Positions 37,684-48,363 are shown, counted from the first letter of the stretch. The stretch is 52,518 bases of DNA from Candidatus Pacearchaeota archaeon (GCA_018303885.1 JAGVXG010000008.1:1-52518), one strand, 5' to 3'. Program-made: numbers and translations. The notes: generated from the sequence alone by a model not told the origin.

Positions 37684-38817
37684 ATGATACACACAATCGG
37701 AAATTTCTTCGGCTTTTTTAAGAACCGAGAGCTTAATGAACTGTATGTTAGCATTTCGATAAGGGCTTTTGCAATTTCCCTTATCGGCGTTTTTGTTCCG
37801 GTATATTTTTATTTGATTGGTTACCCCCTAATTTCTATATTCTTTTTTTATATGCTTCACAGCCTGGCTCATATAGCATTTTCTGTACCAGTTGCAAAGA
37901 TTTCATCAAGATTTGGAATAAAACATTCGATATTGTTTAGCATACCTTCTCTGATCATTTTCTTCTTTCTCCTCTACTCTATCGAGATTTTTAGCTGGCC
38001 TTTAGCTCTTCTTGCTATTTTCTCTGGATTAAGCACCTCGATGTTTTGGATACCTTACCATATTGAATTCGCCAAGTTCAGCGATAGAAAAAACAGGGGA
38101 AAAGAAATTGGTTTCTCTGCAGTAATTGCCTCTCTTTTCAGTATTCTTGGACCAGTTTTAGGGGGAATTTTCCTTACTATCTTTGGTTTCAAGATTTTAT
38201 TCATGGTTGTCTCTGCTCTTTTGTTTTTATCTGTAATTCCTTTATTTTTTTCAAAAGAAGTTCATGAGCCTGTTCCCCTTTCATTAAGCAGATTTTTTAA
38301 AGGCCAGAAAATAACAGATATTTTAAGCTTTTTAGGGCACGGGATAGAAAACAAACTAGGTACTATTGTTTGGCCCCTCTTCATTTTCATATTTATTTTA
38401 GGTGAAAAATACACTTCCCTTGGAATTGTAGCTTCTTTGGCTGTTGGAATGGCATTTTTATCTACTATTTTTGTCAGCAGATTCTCAGATCTTTACAGAA
38501 AAACTGTTCTTAAAATAGGTTCTGTATTTAATGCGGTTATTTGGGTAGCAAAGTCATTTATCGTTACTCCACTTCAGGTTTTTGTGGCCGGAGCTTTCTA
38601 CGGAGTCTCTCAAACGGCAATGCACATCTCTTTTGATGCAATAACCTACGACAAAGCCAAGAAAAATAACCTAGTTAAAATTATTCTAGAAAGAGAAATT
38701 TATCATCACATAGGTGTTCTTATACTATTCTTGATTTTGATATTTTTTACAGAATCTTTAACTGAAATTTTCAGATATGCTGGATCTCTATCAAGTCTTA
38801 TGAGATTTTTCTTCTAA
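37684..38817 (+). CDS. MFS transporter
   Basis: about 12 TM helices with MFS-like loops; start placed at MIHTIG. Confidence 0.85.
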   Translation: MIHTIGNFFGFFKNRELNELYVSISIRAFAISLIGVFVPVYFYLIGYPLISIFFFYMLHSLAHIAFSVPVAKISSRFGIKHSILFSIPSLIIFFFLLYSIEIFSWPLALLAIFSGLSTSMFWIPYHIEFAKFSDRKNRGKEIGFSAVIASLFSILGPVLGGIFLTIFGFKILFMVVSALLFLSVIPLFFSKEVHEPVPLSLSRFFKGQKITDILSFLGHGIENKLGTIVWPLFIFIFILGEKYTSLGIVASLAVGMAFLSTIFVSRFSDLYRKTVLKIGSVFNAVIWVAKSFIVTPLQVFVAGAFYGVSQTAMHISFDAITYDKAKKNNLVKIILEREIYHHIGVLILFLILIFFTESLTEIFRYAGSLSSLMRFFF

Positions 38818-39265
38818 CTGGCCACGCTTGGACAGTTGTTTTTAGCCAATCATTGACTATTTTCAGAGATTTTTTTTGATTTGGAAATTTTAACATTTTA
38901 TATGCTTTAAAAAAACCAGTCCACTTAAAGCCAATGTGCTCTCTTTTATCTATTTTTACTTTTCCTTGCTTAACTTGGGCAGAATAAAGATAAAATTCCT
39001 GTCCATCAAAGCCAAACCTATCTGATAAGTTTTTTTTATAACGATAACTTCCAGAGAAATTAAATCTTTTGAGGCTTAATGGTTTCAAGCCTGTTTCTTC
39101 GAAAACTTCACGCTTCGCGGCGTTTTTTTCAATCTCGTTCTTCTCAATACCACCTTTAGGAAATTCCCAGCCTCTCCAATGAAGCCTTCTTTTCAGAAGA
39201 AGATACCTAACCTCCACATTTGTTTTGGCGTAGACAACGATAAATACTGATTTTCTATATCTCAT
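38798..39265 (-). CDS. NUDIX hydrolase
   Basis: Nudix box GGIEKNE....AAKREVFEETGL. Confidence 0.93.
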   Translation of the reverse strand: MRYRKSVFIVVYAKTNVEVRYLLLKRRLHWRGWEFPKGGIEKNEIEKNAAKREVFEETGLKPLSLKRFNFSGSYRYKKNLSDRFGFDGQEFYLYSAQVKQGKVKIDKREHIGFKWTGFFKAYKMLKFPNQKKSLKIVNDWLKTTVQAWPVRRKIS

Positions 39266-39902
39266 TTTTATTTTTTAGTATCAAAGCTATAATAAACCAA
39301 ATAACAAGAACAGTTACCAAAATATAGGGGGTTTCTGCGCCTTTCGTTAGTATTGGTTTTAATTGATAAAATAGGTATGCCAATAAAAATCCATAGGGGA
39401 TAAGAATTAACGGGATAAAGATTACTTTCCAGGGGCTTTCTTTTTTTAATCCAAGATTAAAAAAATAAAATGCAAGAGAATTAGGATGCAATGCCGATAA
39501 AACAAGACCGCTAGAAATTTTTCTTTCTTTCTCAAGTTCTTTTTTCTCTCTTAAATTTTTTGATATGATGTATCTCCCTAAAACATAATTTACTAAAGAA
39601 ACCAAAGATAGCGCTAAGGCAACAACAACGCTTATACTAAGAAAACTGATAAGTTTTCCGTCTGAGAATAACACAACGAAAAGAATTATGAAAGAACCAG
39701 CAAAGTAAAGCCCGACATATACTAATCCTTCAAAAAATGCAGCCACAAATAATCCAATAAGCCCATAACTAGTGTATAAATTCTCCAGTATTTTTATTGC
39801 TTCATCAGGCTGCGGAAATATTCCAATTTGGACAAATATTACTGCAAGAAAATAGAATACAATCGCGCTTAAAGGAAGTAATGGGATTTTAAATTTCATC
39901 AT
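39255..39902 (-). CDS. DedA/VTT-like membrane protein
   Basis: YG..GLF..AF.EG...G.YF.GS and NY.LGR motifs. Confidence 0.7.
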   Translation of the reverse strand: MMKFKIPLLPLSAIVFYFLAVIFVQIGIFPQPDEAIKILENLYTSYGLIGLFVAAFFEGLVYVGLYFAGSFIILFVVLFSDGKLISFLSISVVVALALSLVSLVNYVLGRYIISKNLREKKELEKERKISSGLVLSALHPNSLAFYFFNLGLKKESPWKVIFIPLILIPYGFLLAYLFYQLKPILTKGAETPYILVTVLVIWFIIALILKNKNEI

Positions 39903-40161
39903 TTTCTTTGATCTCTTTGATTGGTTCTACCGCTTCTCTTGTTATTACCATAATTGCCAATACAGAAAGAATTGTGATAATTAGGGCACTGATAACTTTT
40001 CCTTCTACAGGACTTAAGCCGGTTATTTTACTCAGATATTCTTGGATAACATCTTTCCAAGCCAAGGCAACAATAAGACCAAAAGCTGCAACAATCGCAG
40101 AGCTAATAGACTTTTTGAATTCTAAATTAAATTTCTTTGCAGATTCTACTACTCTTTTCAT
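39889..40161 (-). CDS. small membrane protein (DUF5654-like)
   Basis: AAFGL..ALAW.D.I motif. Confidence 0.75.
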   Translation of the reverse strand: MKRVVESAKKFNLEFKKSISSAIVAAFGLIVALAWKDVIQEYLSKITGLSPVEGKVISALIITILSVLAIMVITREAVEPIKEIKENDEI

Positions 40162-40170
40162 TTTTTATTT

Positions 40171-41472
40171 TTACTTCGGCTTAAGTCTTCCCCATTTTTC
40201 AAGAGCTTCTCTCAACTCTTTATTTTTCTTTGCAAATTCCTCAAGAGATATTTTTTTCTTTGTCGCTTCTAACGCCTGCATTGTTGCTTTTGCTCCAGCA
40301 CGCGTACCATGTGGATGTCCATGAATTCCTCCCGAAACCAAAAGAACAATATCTTTTCCATATATGTCCATTTCATCTGGAATTAAGCCTGGGTGAACAC
40401 CCCCAGAAGAAACCGGAAACGCCGGTTTTGTGTTTCCCCAATTTTGTTCAAGTAAAAATCCTTTTTTTGGTGCAACCCGCGCCTCTCTTAAAGTATCGGC
40501 AATCGCGGTTACTTCTTCTCTTGAACCAACGAGTTTTCCTACTGCTGTTCCAGAATGAATTTGATCAACCCCAATCATTCTCATAGTCTTGGCCAAAAAT
40601 TGCATTGAAATTCCATGGCGCGGATTCCTATCGAAAGAAGCATGCATTGCCCTATGTGCATGAATCGCCATTCCATAATCTCCCAATGTTTTTCTTAGGG
40701 TTTGCGTGGCTGCGGTTCCGCAAACAACCACATCAATCATAGCATATTTCCATCCATGTTCATGTAAAAACTTTGCGCGTTTTTCCATTTCTTTTGTTTC
40801 TGCGGTAATATTCAGCAAAGCATCCTTAACTTCTCCTGTTTCTTTTTCTGCTCTGTCTCTGAGTTTTGTCATAAGGGAAACACGTTTGTAAAAATTATTG
40901 AAACTCTGGCTTGTTAAATTTTCATCGTCTTTAACAAGGTCAAAACCACCGAGCCATGTTTCATAGCCAATTTTTGCATGCTCTTCTGCAGAAAATCCGA
41001 CTTTTGGTTTTGGAACAGCTCCTGTTAAAGGTCTATCATAAACTTTAAAGTATTTTCTTAATCCTTGAATACCAAGATTAGGTCCCTGAAAGCCCTTTAG
41101 ATACTCTTTTGGCAAAGAAACATCAACAAGTCTCAAATTTTTCAAAGCTTTCATTCCGAAAATGTTTCCCGCAATTCCGCTGAGAAGCTGTGGCATGTTT
41201 CCAGCTTCCCAAAGTCCAAGAGGATAAGCCACATAAACAAAGTTCCCTTCAATTTTGTATGCCGTCGCCATCAGACCTTTCATTCTCGATGGCAATGTGA
41301 AGAGTGTTGTCCACGTGCCTGTTGAACTTTCAGAAGCAATTCTTCCTATCGCCTCTTTAACAGACATTCCTTTTTCTGGCTCAAAATAAAACAAAACCTT
41401 TAAGTCTGTTTTCTTAGGCTTGTAACTTAAATCAACAAATTCATCATACCACTCTACTTTTTTTTCTGGCAT
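40171..41472 (-). CDS. rbcL: ribulose-1,5-bisphosphate carboxylase, archaeal form III
   Basis: ESSTGTWT, PKPKVG, GFDLVKDDENL, HAHRAMH, H.GT.VGKL and SGG motifs. Confidence 0.96.
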   Translation of the reverse strand: MPEKKVEWYDEFVDLSYKPKKTDLKVLFYFEPEKGMSVKEAIGRIASESSTGTWTTLFTLPSRMKGLMATAYKIEGNFVYVAYPLGLWEAGNMPQLLSGIAGNIFGMKALKNLRLVDVSLPKEYLKGFQGPNLGIQGLRKYFKVYDRPLTGAVPKPKVGFSAEEHAKIGYETWLGGFDLVKDDENLTSQSFNNFYKRVSLMTKLRDRAEKETGEVKDALLNITAETKEMEKRAKFLHEHGWKYAMIDVVVCGTAATQTLRKTLGDYGMAIHAHRAMHASFDRNPRHGISMQFLAKTMRMIGVDQIHSGTAVGKLVGSREEVTAIADTLREARVAPKKGFLLEQNWGNTKPAFPVSSGGVHPGLIPDEMDIYGKDIVLLVSGGIHGHPHGTRAGAKATMQALEATKKKISLEEFAKKNKELREALEKWGRLKPK

Positions 41473-41474
41473 TT

Positions 41475-41690
41475 TTATTTTTTAATAATTTTAATCAAGG
41501 ATGTGATACCTATAAAAGTATGCAGTCCAAATAAACTCCATGCCATTATAGATATTTCATATACAACTAAAAATATTGCCGCCATTAAATTTAAATGTGG
41601 AAAAAATTTACCTATTTTTTTATGATTCCAAGTTCCAAAAGCTATGATAGTTATTGCAAACCCAATCCATCCAAAAATTTGATAGTTCAT
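41475..41690 (-). CDS. small membrane protein
   Basis: 71-aa hydrophobic ORF coupled between cysS and rbcL. Confidence 0.6.
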   Translation of the reverse strand: MNYQIFGWIGFAITIIAFGTWNHKKIGKFFPHLNLMAAIFLVVYEISIMAWSLFGLHTFIGITSLIKIIKK

Positions 41691-41692
41691 TT

Positions 41693-43084
41693 TTACCTCT
41701 TTTTTACAACAAATCCCTTTTCTTTGTCTTCAACAACAAATCCAAGTTTATTAATTTTCTCCCGAATTTTATCAGCTGTTTTGAAATCTTTTTTCAATCG
41801 GTGCTTTTCTCTTTCTGCGACGAGTTTTTTAACATCTCCTGGAATGTTAATTTTCTCTTCTTTGCCTAAATCAAGCCCAAAAATCCCGTCAAACCTTAAG
41901 GCAAGCTCATACTTTTCTGCTTGATTTAATCTATCTTCTCTTAATATATCCCATAAATAAGAAAGAGCCTTAGGCATGTTTAAATCATCGTTGACAATTT
42001 CCAAAAACTGGCGGTAGGCAGCGTCAATATTTTTTTTGTTTTTCTTTTCTCTTGATTTTTTAAACTCAGATAAAATATTCTTTAGTTTTTCATAAGCGTT
42101 TTTCGCAGCGTCAAGATTTTCTAATGTAAAATCTAGTGGTTTCCTATAATGTCCAAGGAGATAAAAATATCGTAGATGCATTGGTTTGTATCCCAATTCT
42201 TCTAACTCCAACAAGGTATAAAGTCCTCCCTTAGATTTGCTTACTTTTTCACCTTTAAACATCAAAAATGCACCATGAAGCCAGTATTTCACAAAGGGTT
42301 TTCCTGTTGATGCTTCGCTTTGTGCAATTTCATTTGTATGGTGAACAGAAATGTGATCTTCTCCGCCGGTATGAATATCAAAAGTTTCTCCGAGATATTT
42401 CATAGACATCGCAGAACATTCAATATGCCACCCTGGAAAACCAACCCCCCATGGAGATGCCCATTCTTGTTGTCTCTTTCCCGGTTCTTCTGAAAATTTC
42501 CACAAGGCAAAATCTGTTTTATTCCTTTTTTCTCCGAAAGAAACTCTTTTTCCAGCTTCTAGTCCCTTAATATTAAGTTTCGCAAGTTTTCCGTAATCTT
42601 TTAATTTGGAAGTATCAAAATAAATTCCATCAGAAGTTTTATATGTAAAACCTTTTTTCTCGAGCTTCTTTATTATTTCAATTTGTTCTTTTATATTCTC
42701 TGTTGCTTTTGGCCAGAAATCAGGCTCATAAATATTCATTTTTTTTAAATCCTGTAAAAAAACTTTAAGATAATGTTCAGAAATCTCCTTTGCTGTTTTC
42801 CCTTCCTGTTTTGCAGCCTTTTCAATCTTGTCCTCTCCAGTATCTGCATCAGAAGTCAAATGTCCAACATCTGTGACATTAATAACATGTTTGACTTTGT
42901 ACCCATTAATTTTTAGAATTCTTTTTAAAATATCAGGAAAAACATAGCTTCTTAAGTTTCCTATATGCTGATACCAATATACTGTTGGTCCACAAGTATA
43001 CATTCTTACTTCTTTGTCTTTCAGCGACTTGAAAACTTCTTTTTTTCTCGATAAGGTATTATAAAATCTTAACTTTTCCGGCAT
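41693..43084 (-). CDS. cysS: cysteinyl-tRNA synthetase
   Basis: [20 protein letters not shown] and KVSKS motifs. Confidence 0.97.
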   Translation of the reverse strand: MPEKLRFYNTLSRKKEVFKSLKDKEVRMYTCGPTVYWYQHIGNLRSYVFPDILKRILKINGYKVKHVINVTDVGHLTSDADTGEDKIEKAAKQEGKTAKEISEHYLKVFLQDLKKMNIYEPDFWPKATENIKEQIEIIKKLEKKGFTYKTSDGIYFDTSKLKDYGKLAKLNIKGLEAGKRVSFGEKRNKTDFALWKFSEEPGKRQQEWASPWGVGFPGWHIECSAMSMKYLGETFDIHTGGEDHISVHHTNEIAQSEASTGKPFVKYWLHGAFLMFKGEKVSKSKGGLYTLLELEELGYKPMHLRYFYLLGHYRKPLDFTLENLDAAKNAYEKLKNILSEFKKSREKKNKKNIDAAYRQFLEIVNDDLNMPKALSYLWDILREDRLNQAEKYELALRFDGIFGLDLGKEEKINIPGDVKKLVAEREKHRLKKDFKTADKIREKINKLGFVVEDKEKGFVVKKR

Positions 43085-43130
43085 GATTACTCAAAGAAAA
43101 AGGAATTTAAAAATTTAAGTTATTGGCGCT

Positions 43131-43700
43131 TTACTTTATTGTGACAAAGACGTCTGCGCCCGTGTAAGATTCTGAACCCTTTCTAACATCCAGTTCATAA
43201 GTTATAGTGCATGGGGGAGCAGATTCTGGGACAACAAATTTAACCATTCTGGCTAATTCCAAAGAGTCTCCTGGCCCAAGGCTAAAACTTCCAGAGCCAC
43301 CCAAAAGCATTTGATTGGCGTCTTCTTCTTTAAATGTACTTCCGCATCTTGAAGCGTCAGATGCTGTTACAGTATATGAAAATTGCGCGCTTTCTACCTC
43401 ATTATTTCTCACTGAGAATGCAAATCCTTTAGGCGTATCCCCTTTCTTCAGAGTTATTTCCCGAGAAGTTGGGTAAACAGCTATTTTTCTTCCCTCTTGT
43501 GAAAAGAGTTTCTGTATTTGACTTTGAATCTCACTATCTACCGTGTCTATTGCACTTGTTCCACTGCTGAAAATCTTCTGTATGAAAAAAATCCCAAGGA
43601 CAAGAACCATCATGAGTAAAACAATTGTTACAATAGTGCCAACAGACATCTCCATTGCTGCACGTTTCGCATATTTTGAACTTCTGAAAAGCGTTTTCAT
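43131..43700 (-). CDS. class III signal peptide (pilin-like) protein
   Basis: KRAAMEMSVGTIVTIVLLM. Confidence 0.8.
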   Translation of the reverse strand: MKTLFRSSKYAKRAAMEMSVGTIVTIVLLMMVLVLGIFFIQKIFSSGTSAIDTVDSEIQSQIQKLFSQEGRKIAVYPTSREITLKKGDTPKGFAFSVRNNEVESAQFSYTVTASDASRCGSTFKEEDANQMLLGGSGSFSLGPGDSLELARMVKFVVPESAPPCTITYELDVRKGSESYTGADVFVTIK

Positions 43701-43701
43701 T

Positions 43702-43968
43702 TTATATTGAAGGGAAAAAATCAGTCAACCCGCTGTTTATGGAATAAATCAATGCGATAACAGAAATTATAAGGAAGACAATGCTTAGGATTATTCCGAT
43801 AGTGTTAAGCTTTCTTGCCTTTGCTACACTGTATTTTCTGCTTTGAACCAAACCTATGATTCCAAGAATTAATCCTGCAAGCGGCGAGACAAATGCAAAT
43901 ACGATGCTTAAAATTCCGAGAGCATAACTCACTGATGCTATGTCTATTTTGTCAGTTTTACTAACCAT
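43702..43968 (-). CDS. DUF4190-like membrane protein
   Basis: S.ALGILSI...P..GLILGIIGL motif. Confidence 0.7.
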   Translation of the reverse strand: MVSKTDKIDIASVSYALGILSIVFAFVSPLAGLILGIIGLVQSRKYSVAKARKLNTIGIILSIVFLIISVIALIYSINSGLTDFFPSI

Positions 43969-44036
43969 TTAATCACCTTTTTATATCATGCTTAATAATT
44001 TCTATTTTATAAATGTTTTTGATGAATTTATAAAAA

Positions 44037-44107
44037 TGGGACTACTGGGAGTCGAACCCAGGCATCGCGAGCTTCAGTCGCGTGTTCTCCCGTTGAACTA
44101 TAGTCCC
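44037..44107 (-). tRNA. tRNA-Phe(GAA)
   Basis: GGGACUA/UAGUCCC acceptor stem, CGCGA-CUGAAGC-UCGCG anticodon arm, GGUUCGACUCC T arm; CCA not encoded. Confidence 0.93.
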
Positions 44108-44144
44108 CCAAGTATGGGAGATTATTTTGCTTTTAAATCTTTTA

Positions 44145-44636
44145 CTATCTCAAGTAAACAGAATCCCCCTCTTCAAAACCATAGGCATCTGAAAGTCCTG
44201 AGTTTATCTCAAATACATACATTATATCTCTGCTTGGATAAAAAACAGGACATTCTTTTCCTTCTTCACATGGTTGCATGTTCTTCTCAATTCCCACTAT
44301 TTTCTTATTTTCATCAATCCATAATATGTCTATTGGAAATTTCATATCTTTCATCCAGAATCCTGGCAGCGTCTCTTCCTCAAAAATAAACAGCATCCCT
44401 TTATCATCACCAAGAGATTGTTTTCCGCTTAATCCTCTTTCTCTCTCGCCAAGAGTATCTGCAATCTCAGCATAAAAACATGTTTTGCCTTCTATGCAGA
44501 TTTTATTTGATTTAGAAGAAGAATTTTTATACATAAAATAGCCAGCAATTATTATTATAACTGATAATACCAAGAACGCCAAAATAAATGCCTTCTTATT
44601 TAATACTATTTTCACCGCTGTTTTTTTAATCTTCAT
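44145..44636 (-). CDS. DUF192 domain protein
   Basis: EIADT..ER.RGL, GMLFIF and FWMKDM.FPIDI motifs. Confidence 0.92.
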   Translation of the reverse strand: MKIKKTAVKIVLNKKAFILAFLVLSVIIIIAGYFMYKNSSSKSNKICIEGKTCFYAEIADTLGERERGLSGKQSLGDDKGMLFIFEEETLPGFWMKDMKFPIDILWIDENKKIVGIEKNMQPCEEGKECPVFYPSRDIMYVFEINSGLSDAYGFEEGDSVYLR

Positions 44637-44681
44637 CTTTATATCAATAAATTAATACTAAAAAATGTTTGTAAATGTCGA

Positions 44682-45287
44682 CTAACCAGAAACCAGTGCT
44701 TTAATCTTTTTAATATAATCTCTTCTATCAACGCTAACTACTGGAAAACCATACTTTTTCGCTTCTTTTTTGATAAATTCGTTAAATTCAATAACCCATT
44801 CAACTTCTTTTTCTTTCACACTATCTGGATATTTTCTCGCTTCATCCCACAAGCCCCGTGTAAAGACCGTTTTTCTTACTCTATCAATATTTTCATCAAT
44901 AAGAAAAACCGCTTTTATTTTCTTTTTCTTAACTAAATTATGAATAAGGTTAGGAATTATTGCTATCCCTTCGATTATATAAGAACTCCAGACATAATCT
45001 GTTTCAATTAAAGCTTTCACCCCTTTCCAAACATCTTCTCCTTCTTTATTTACAATTTCTACAATTTTCTTTGCTGAATTTTTCTTTAGAAATTCAACAC
45101 CCATTTCTGGAGTTGCTTTATGATGGTAAAATAATACAGGGTAATCTTTTTTTCTTACTAACTCTCTCATCTGTTCTCTTATTGTGTCTGTAGAAATCCA
45201 GGGCAACTTTAGTTCCTCTGCAATTTTTCTCGCAGCATAGCTTTTTCCAGCTGTTGGAGATCCTCCAATAAGAATTATTTTTCCCAT
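44682..45287 (-). CDS. P-loop kinase (2-phosphoglycerate kinase-like)
   Basis: ILIGG.P.AGKS, STD.IRE and IIEG motifs. Confidence 0.8.
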   Translation of the reverse strand: MGKIILIGGSPTAGKSYAARKIAEELKLPWISTDTIREQMRELVRKKDYPVLFYHHKATPEMGVEFLKKNSAKKIVEIVNKEGEDVWKGVKALIETDYVWSSYIIEGIAIIPNLIHNLVKKKKIKAVFLIDENIDRVRKTVFTRGLWDEARKYPDSVKEKEVEWVIEFNEFIKKEAKKYGFPVVSVDRRDYIKKIKALVSG

Positions 45288-45343
45288 AGAATAAAAAGTC
45301 GAGATAGCTATTTATTGTTTTCCTTTAAGATATTATTAAAATT

Positions 45344-45709
45344 TTATTCCACAAATTCAACATTTTCTTTATTTTTGAATTTTTCATCACCAGTTAGAAA
45401 TTTTACACCCATTTCCTTAGCAGTTATATACCCAATACAATCAGCATATGATAAATTTTCCTTTTTATTCTTAAATCTTAATCTAGCGGCTTTAATTGCG
45501 GCATCAAATTTTATTATATTTACAAGTTTAAAATTGAGTTTCCTTATCCAATAATCGGCTGTTTGCTCATCGTGCTCCTTTAAAAAATAAAAATAAACTT
45601 CAGAAATATTAAGAGTTGTAGTAATTATTGGAAGATTTTTAAACCTCAAATAATTTTCAGCCCCTTCTATAAGATCTATAATTGCGCCGCTATCGAAGAA
45701 ATATTCCAT
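45344..45709 (-). CDS. vapC: VapC PIN-domain toxin
   Basis: FFDS.AII, E, LSYADC and LTGD..F motifs. Confidence 0.9.
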   Translation of the reverse strand: MEYFFDSGAIIDLIEGAENYLRFKNLPIITTTLNISEVYFYFLKEHDEQTADYWIRKLNFKLVNIIKFDAAIKAARLRFKNKKENLSYADCIGYITAKEMGVKFLTGDEKFKNKENVEFVE

Positions 45710-45960
45710 TATTCATCCTCTGGCCAAAATTCTCGGTCAATTTCATCCATAACCTCTTGAGTAGATTTTTTAGATTTTCTTTTTATTTTAAATTTTTTAG
45801 CTAATTCCATAATATCCCCTACAGTTGTGTATTTTTTTGGTTGCACAGTTACAAAAACTTCATTATCTTCTTTTAAACCCTCCCTACTAATTATTTCTTT
45901 AGGAATTATTATCCCAAACGAATTTCCCCATTTTTTTACTTTAGTTCTTATTTGTTCCAT
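45709..45960 (-). CDS. AbrB/MazE-family antitoxin
   Basis: KKWGNSFGIIIPK motif; upstream palindrome ttatacatgtataa. Confidence 0.9.
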   Translation of the reverse strand: MEQIRTKVKKWGNSFGIIIPKEIISREGLKEDNEVFVTVQPKKYTTVGDIMELAKKFKIKRKSKKSTQEVMDEIDREFWPEDE

Positions 45961-46021
45961 TAATTATACATGTATAACTTATTTATAAAACTTTCTATTT
46001 GAAGAAAAAATAGAAAATAAC

Positions 46022-46374
46022 GTAAGTCGGGAATAGGCCAGCTTCTGTCAAACCCTGTAATCAGACGGTTTGTGTTAACATTCAACTAAGCGGCTTAAAG
46101 CCTTGCACCGGTTGAGACAGCCGTTTCATCAAATCTTTCACTTCGCAGTTCAACTCACGTTTCATAACTCTGTGAAAGCTGTGTCGTTTCTCTTCTGGAG
46201 CTTTCCTTCGCAGGAATCTTCCTTTCGAAAGACAACCTTAATGTGGTGGCCGGACCTTACCTCACGACGAGAACATTACTGTTCGCGAAGTCCCCGAAGG
46301 GCGAACTTAGAAATCATTTCTTTGATTTCTTGCTTAATTAAAAGCAAAGTCCCGAAGTTAACTACCCGACTTAC
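46022..46374 (-). ncRNA. rnpB: RNase P RNA
   Basis: P1 GUAAGUCGGG/CCCGACUUAC; CR-I GAGGUAAGGUCCGGC; AGAAAC and UGAAAC; GGUGCAAG; CR-V ACAGAAGCUGGCCUA. Confidence 0.92.
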
Positions 46375-46429
46375 AAAAACCTAGAGAAATAAGAGTTTTT
46401 AAGGTTGTTGGTATAAGAATTTTGAAATG

Positions 46430-46651
46430 TTAATCCAAAATAAGGCCTTCAAGGCCACCATCTAAAAAGAATTCATCCCCTTCTTCGTAACGGCATTTTA
46501 AATTATCATTCAGTTTCTTTATAACCTTCAATCCGACTTTTCTAATGGAATTAGATTCATCATAAGAAATAACTTCAACTCTTAGACTACAGTTTTCAGT
46601 AGCATAACCCCCCTTCATTCCAGCTTCAGGTTTCATTGCCATGAATTTCAT
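46430..46651 (-). CDS. hypothetical protein
   Basis: 73-aa ORF with an upstream TATA. Confidence 0.5.
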   Translation of the reverse strand: MKFMAMKPEAGMKGGYATENCSLRVEVISYDESNSIRKVGLKVIKKLNDNLKCRYEEGDEFFLDGGLEGLILD

Positions 46652-46741
46652 TAGGTTGTTGCATTAAAAAACATTTATATTCAAACAAAAAACAGAATAA
46701 AATTAAAAAATAAAAATTATTGGACTTATTTAAAGGAGATA

Positions 46742-47086
46742 TTAAAATCTTCTTCCTCGTCCGCCACCGCCACCAAAGTCCCTTCCTCTTCCGCCTCCAC
46801 CGCCGAAATCTCTTCTTGGTGGTCTTGGTCTGTCAGGGTCCATTGGCTTTGCCTCATTGACCTTCAGATTTCTGCCTTCTGTTTCCTTATCATTCATTTT
46901 TGCGATGGCTTTTTCTGCGTCTTCTTTGTTGGCAAAGGTTACGAAACCAAATCCTTTCGATCTGCCTGAAAACTTATCTTTGATAACTTGGACTTCTTCT
47001 ATGTCTCCAAAAGGAGCAAAAAGCTCTCTAAGTTTCTCATCGTCAACGCTAAAAGGCAGATTGCCTACATACACTTTCATACTCAT
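46742..47086 (-). CDS. RRM RNA-binding protein with Gly-rich tail
   Basis: RNP2 VYVGNL, RNP1 KGFGFVTF, RGG-like tail; SD AAGGAGG. Confidence 0.95.
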   Translation of the reverse strand: MSMKVYVGNLPFSVDDEKLRELFAPFGDIEEVQVIKDKFSGRSKGFGFVTFANKEDAEKAIAKMNDKETEGRNLKVNEAKPMDPDRPRPPRRDFGGGGGRGRDFGGGGGRGRRF

Positions 47087-47270
47087 GTTATATCCTCCTT
47101 ACAGTTGTATCATCTTAGAACTAGTTCAAACCGAAAACCGAATCTCCCTATTTCTAACATCTGACTTTATGATAAAACAAGGCTATTTAAAGGTTTTTAT
47201 GTGGGATTTTGGGTTTTTTGTGTTGGTGAATTATAGACAAATATTTAAACTTTGAATTTGAAGAATTTTT

Positions 47271-47966
47271 ATGAGATTAATAGGAGCGGAAACAGAAGTT
47301 ATATGGAAATTGTCCTCAGCTTATGAAGCATGCACCCTTTCTGCATGTGATCCTGTTTCTGTTCCAGTAGGAGGCACTTCAAGAAAGGGAGCTTTTTCTC
47401 ATATGTTTTATGATTGCACAGATCCAGAGAAAGAGGGTATAGAAATAATGAGGCAGAGAATTAAAGATGGAAGAGATGATATTCTGGCTCACCTCAGGAT
47501 TCACGATAATCTTCTTAGTGGTTTTTATTCTGTTGATGATGCATTAAAAACAGAAAATAGAGAAAGAATTGTTGAAGAAGGCAGGCGTATTTTTGAAAAT
47601 TTGGAAAATTATGGAAAGCACGTTGGAGAACATTCTGTAAGATTCGCAGAAAAAGCATTCCTTTATTATCCGACATGTCTTTCAGGACATTACTTCGTTC
47701 CTAAAGGTGCAGGCGTAATAATGGAGAAAGTTTTTAATCCTCAACAAAATGAAGAGGGATTAAAAGAAGAGATAACAAATGGAATTATAGCTCTAGAAAA
47801 TTTTCCATTATTCTCATTAAACGACGAACTTAGAGTACTAAGAATGTATGAAGGATATGATTCAGGTGAGGGATCTTTCGGAACCTCATTCAGGGGAAGA
47901 CTTGAACTTACAAGATTGCTTTTGGAAAGAGCAGGCTTTTACCATCAAGAAGCTGTTTCCAGATAA
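47271..47966 (+). CDS. hypothetical protein
   Basis: 231-aa ORF. Confidence 0.65.
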   Translation: MRLIGAETEVIWKLSSAYEACTLSACDPVSVPVGGTSRKGAFSHMFYDCTDPEKEGIEIMRQRIKDGRDDILAHLRIHDNLLSGFYSVDDALKTENRERIVEEGRRIFENLENYGKHVGEHSVRFAEKAFLYYPTCLSGHYFVPKGAGVIMEKVFNPQQNEEGLKEEITNGIIALENFPLFSLNDELRVLRMYEGYDSGEGSFGTSFRGRLELTRLLLERAGFYHQEAVSR

Positions 47967-48076
47967 TTTTTTATGATTTCTGAAAGAGGGGGTTTTTATG
48001 GGTGTTTTTAGGAAGTTTTTACATGGCTTTAGATTCTTAACCCAATTTTTATAAAGCCCCCTTCTTTGAAATTTTT

Positions 48077-48301
48077 ATGACAGAAGAAAGGTATGTTCGT
48101 GTTTTTGATTCTAGGGAATTAGGAATTCGCACGCCCTCAGATAGTTATTGCATAGAGCTAGTACTAGGAGGATATAGACACGTGATGCCAAAAATGACTA
48201 GACAACTCCAAACACCAATGTTAGTGCCCAAGGAAATAGCAAATGAAATAGCAAAAAGATGGGCTTCTAAGGTTGGAGTAGAGGCAAAGCTTAAGGATTA
48301 A
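48077..48301 (+). CDS. hypothetical protein
   Basis: 74-aa ORF with TTTATAAA about 25 nt upstream. Confidence 0.55.
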   Translation: MTEERYVRVFDSRELGIRTPSDSYCIELVLGGYRHVMPKMTRQLQTPMLVPKEIANEIAKRWASKVGVEAKLKD

Positions 48302-48363
48302 AACTTATGAAACGAATTTTTTGCTTACACAACTTTTATAAACATCGCATTTAATTAAAAAAC

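Noticed and set aside
46103-46384. 93-aa plus-strand ORF
   Set aside because: Antisense to the RNase P RNA.
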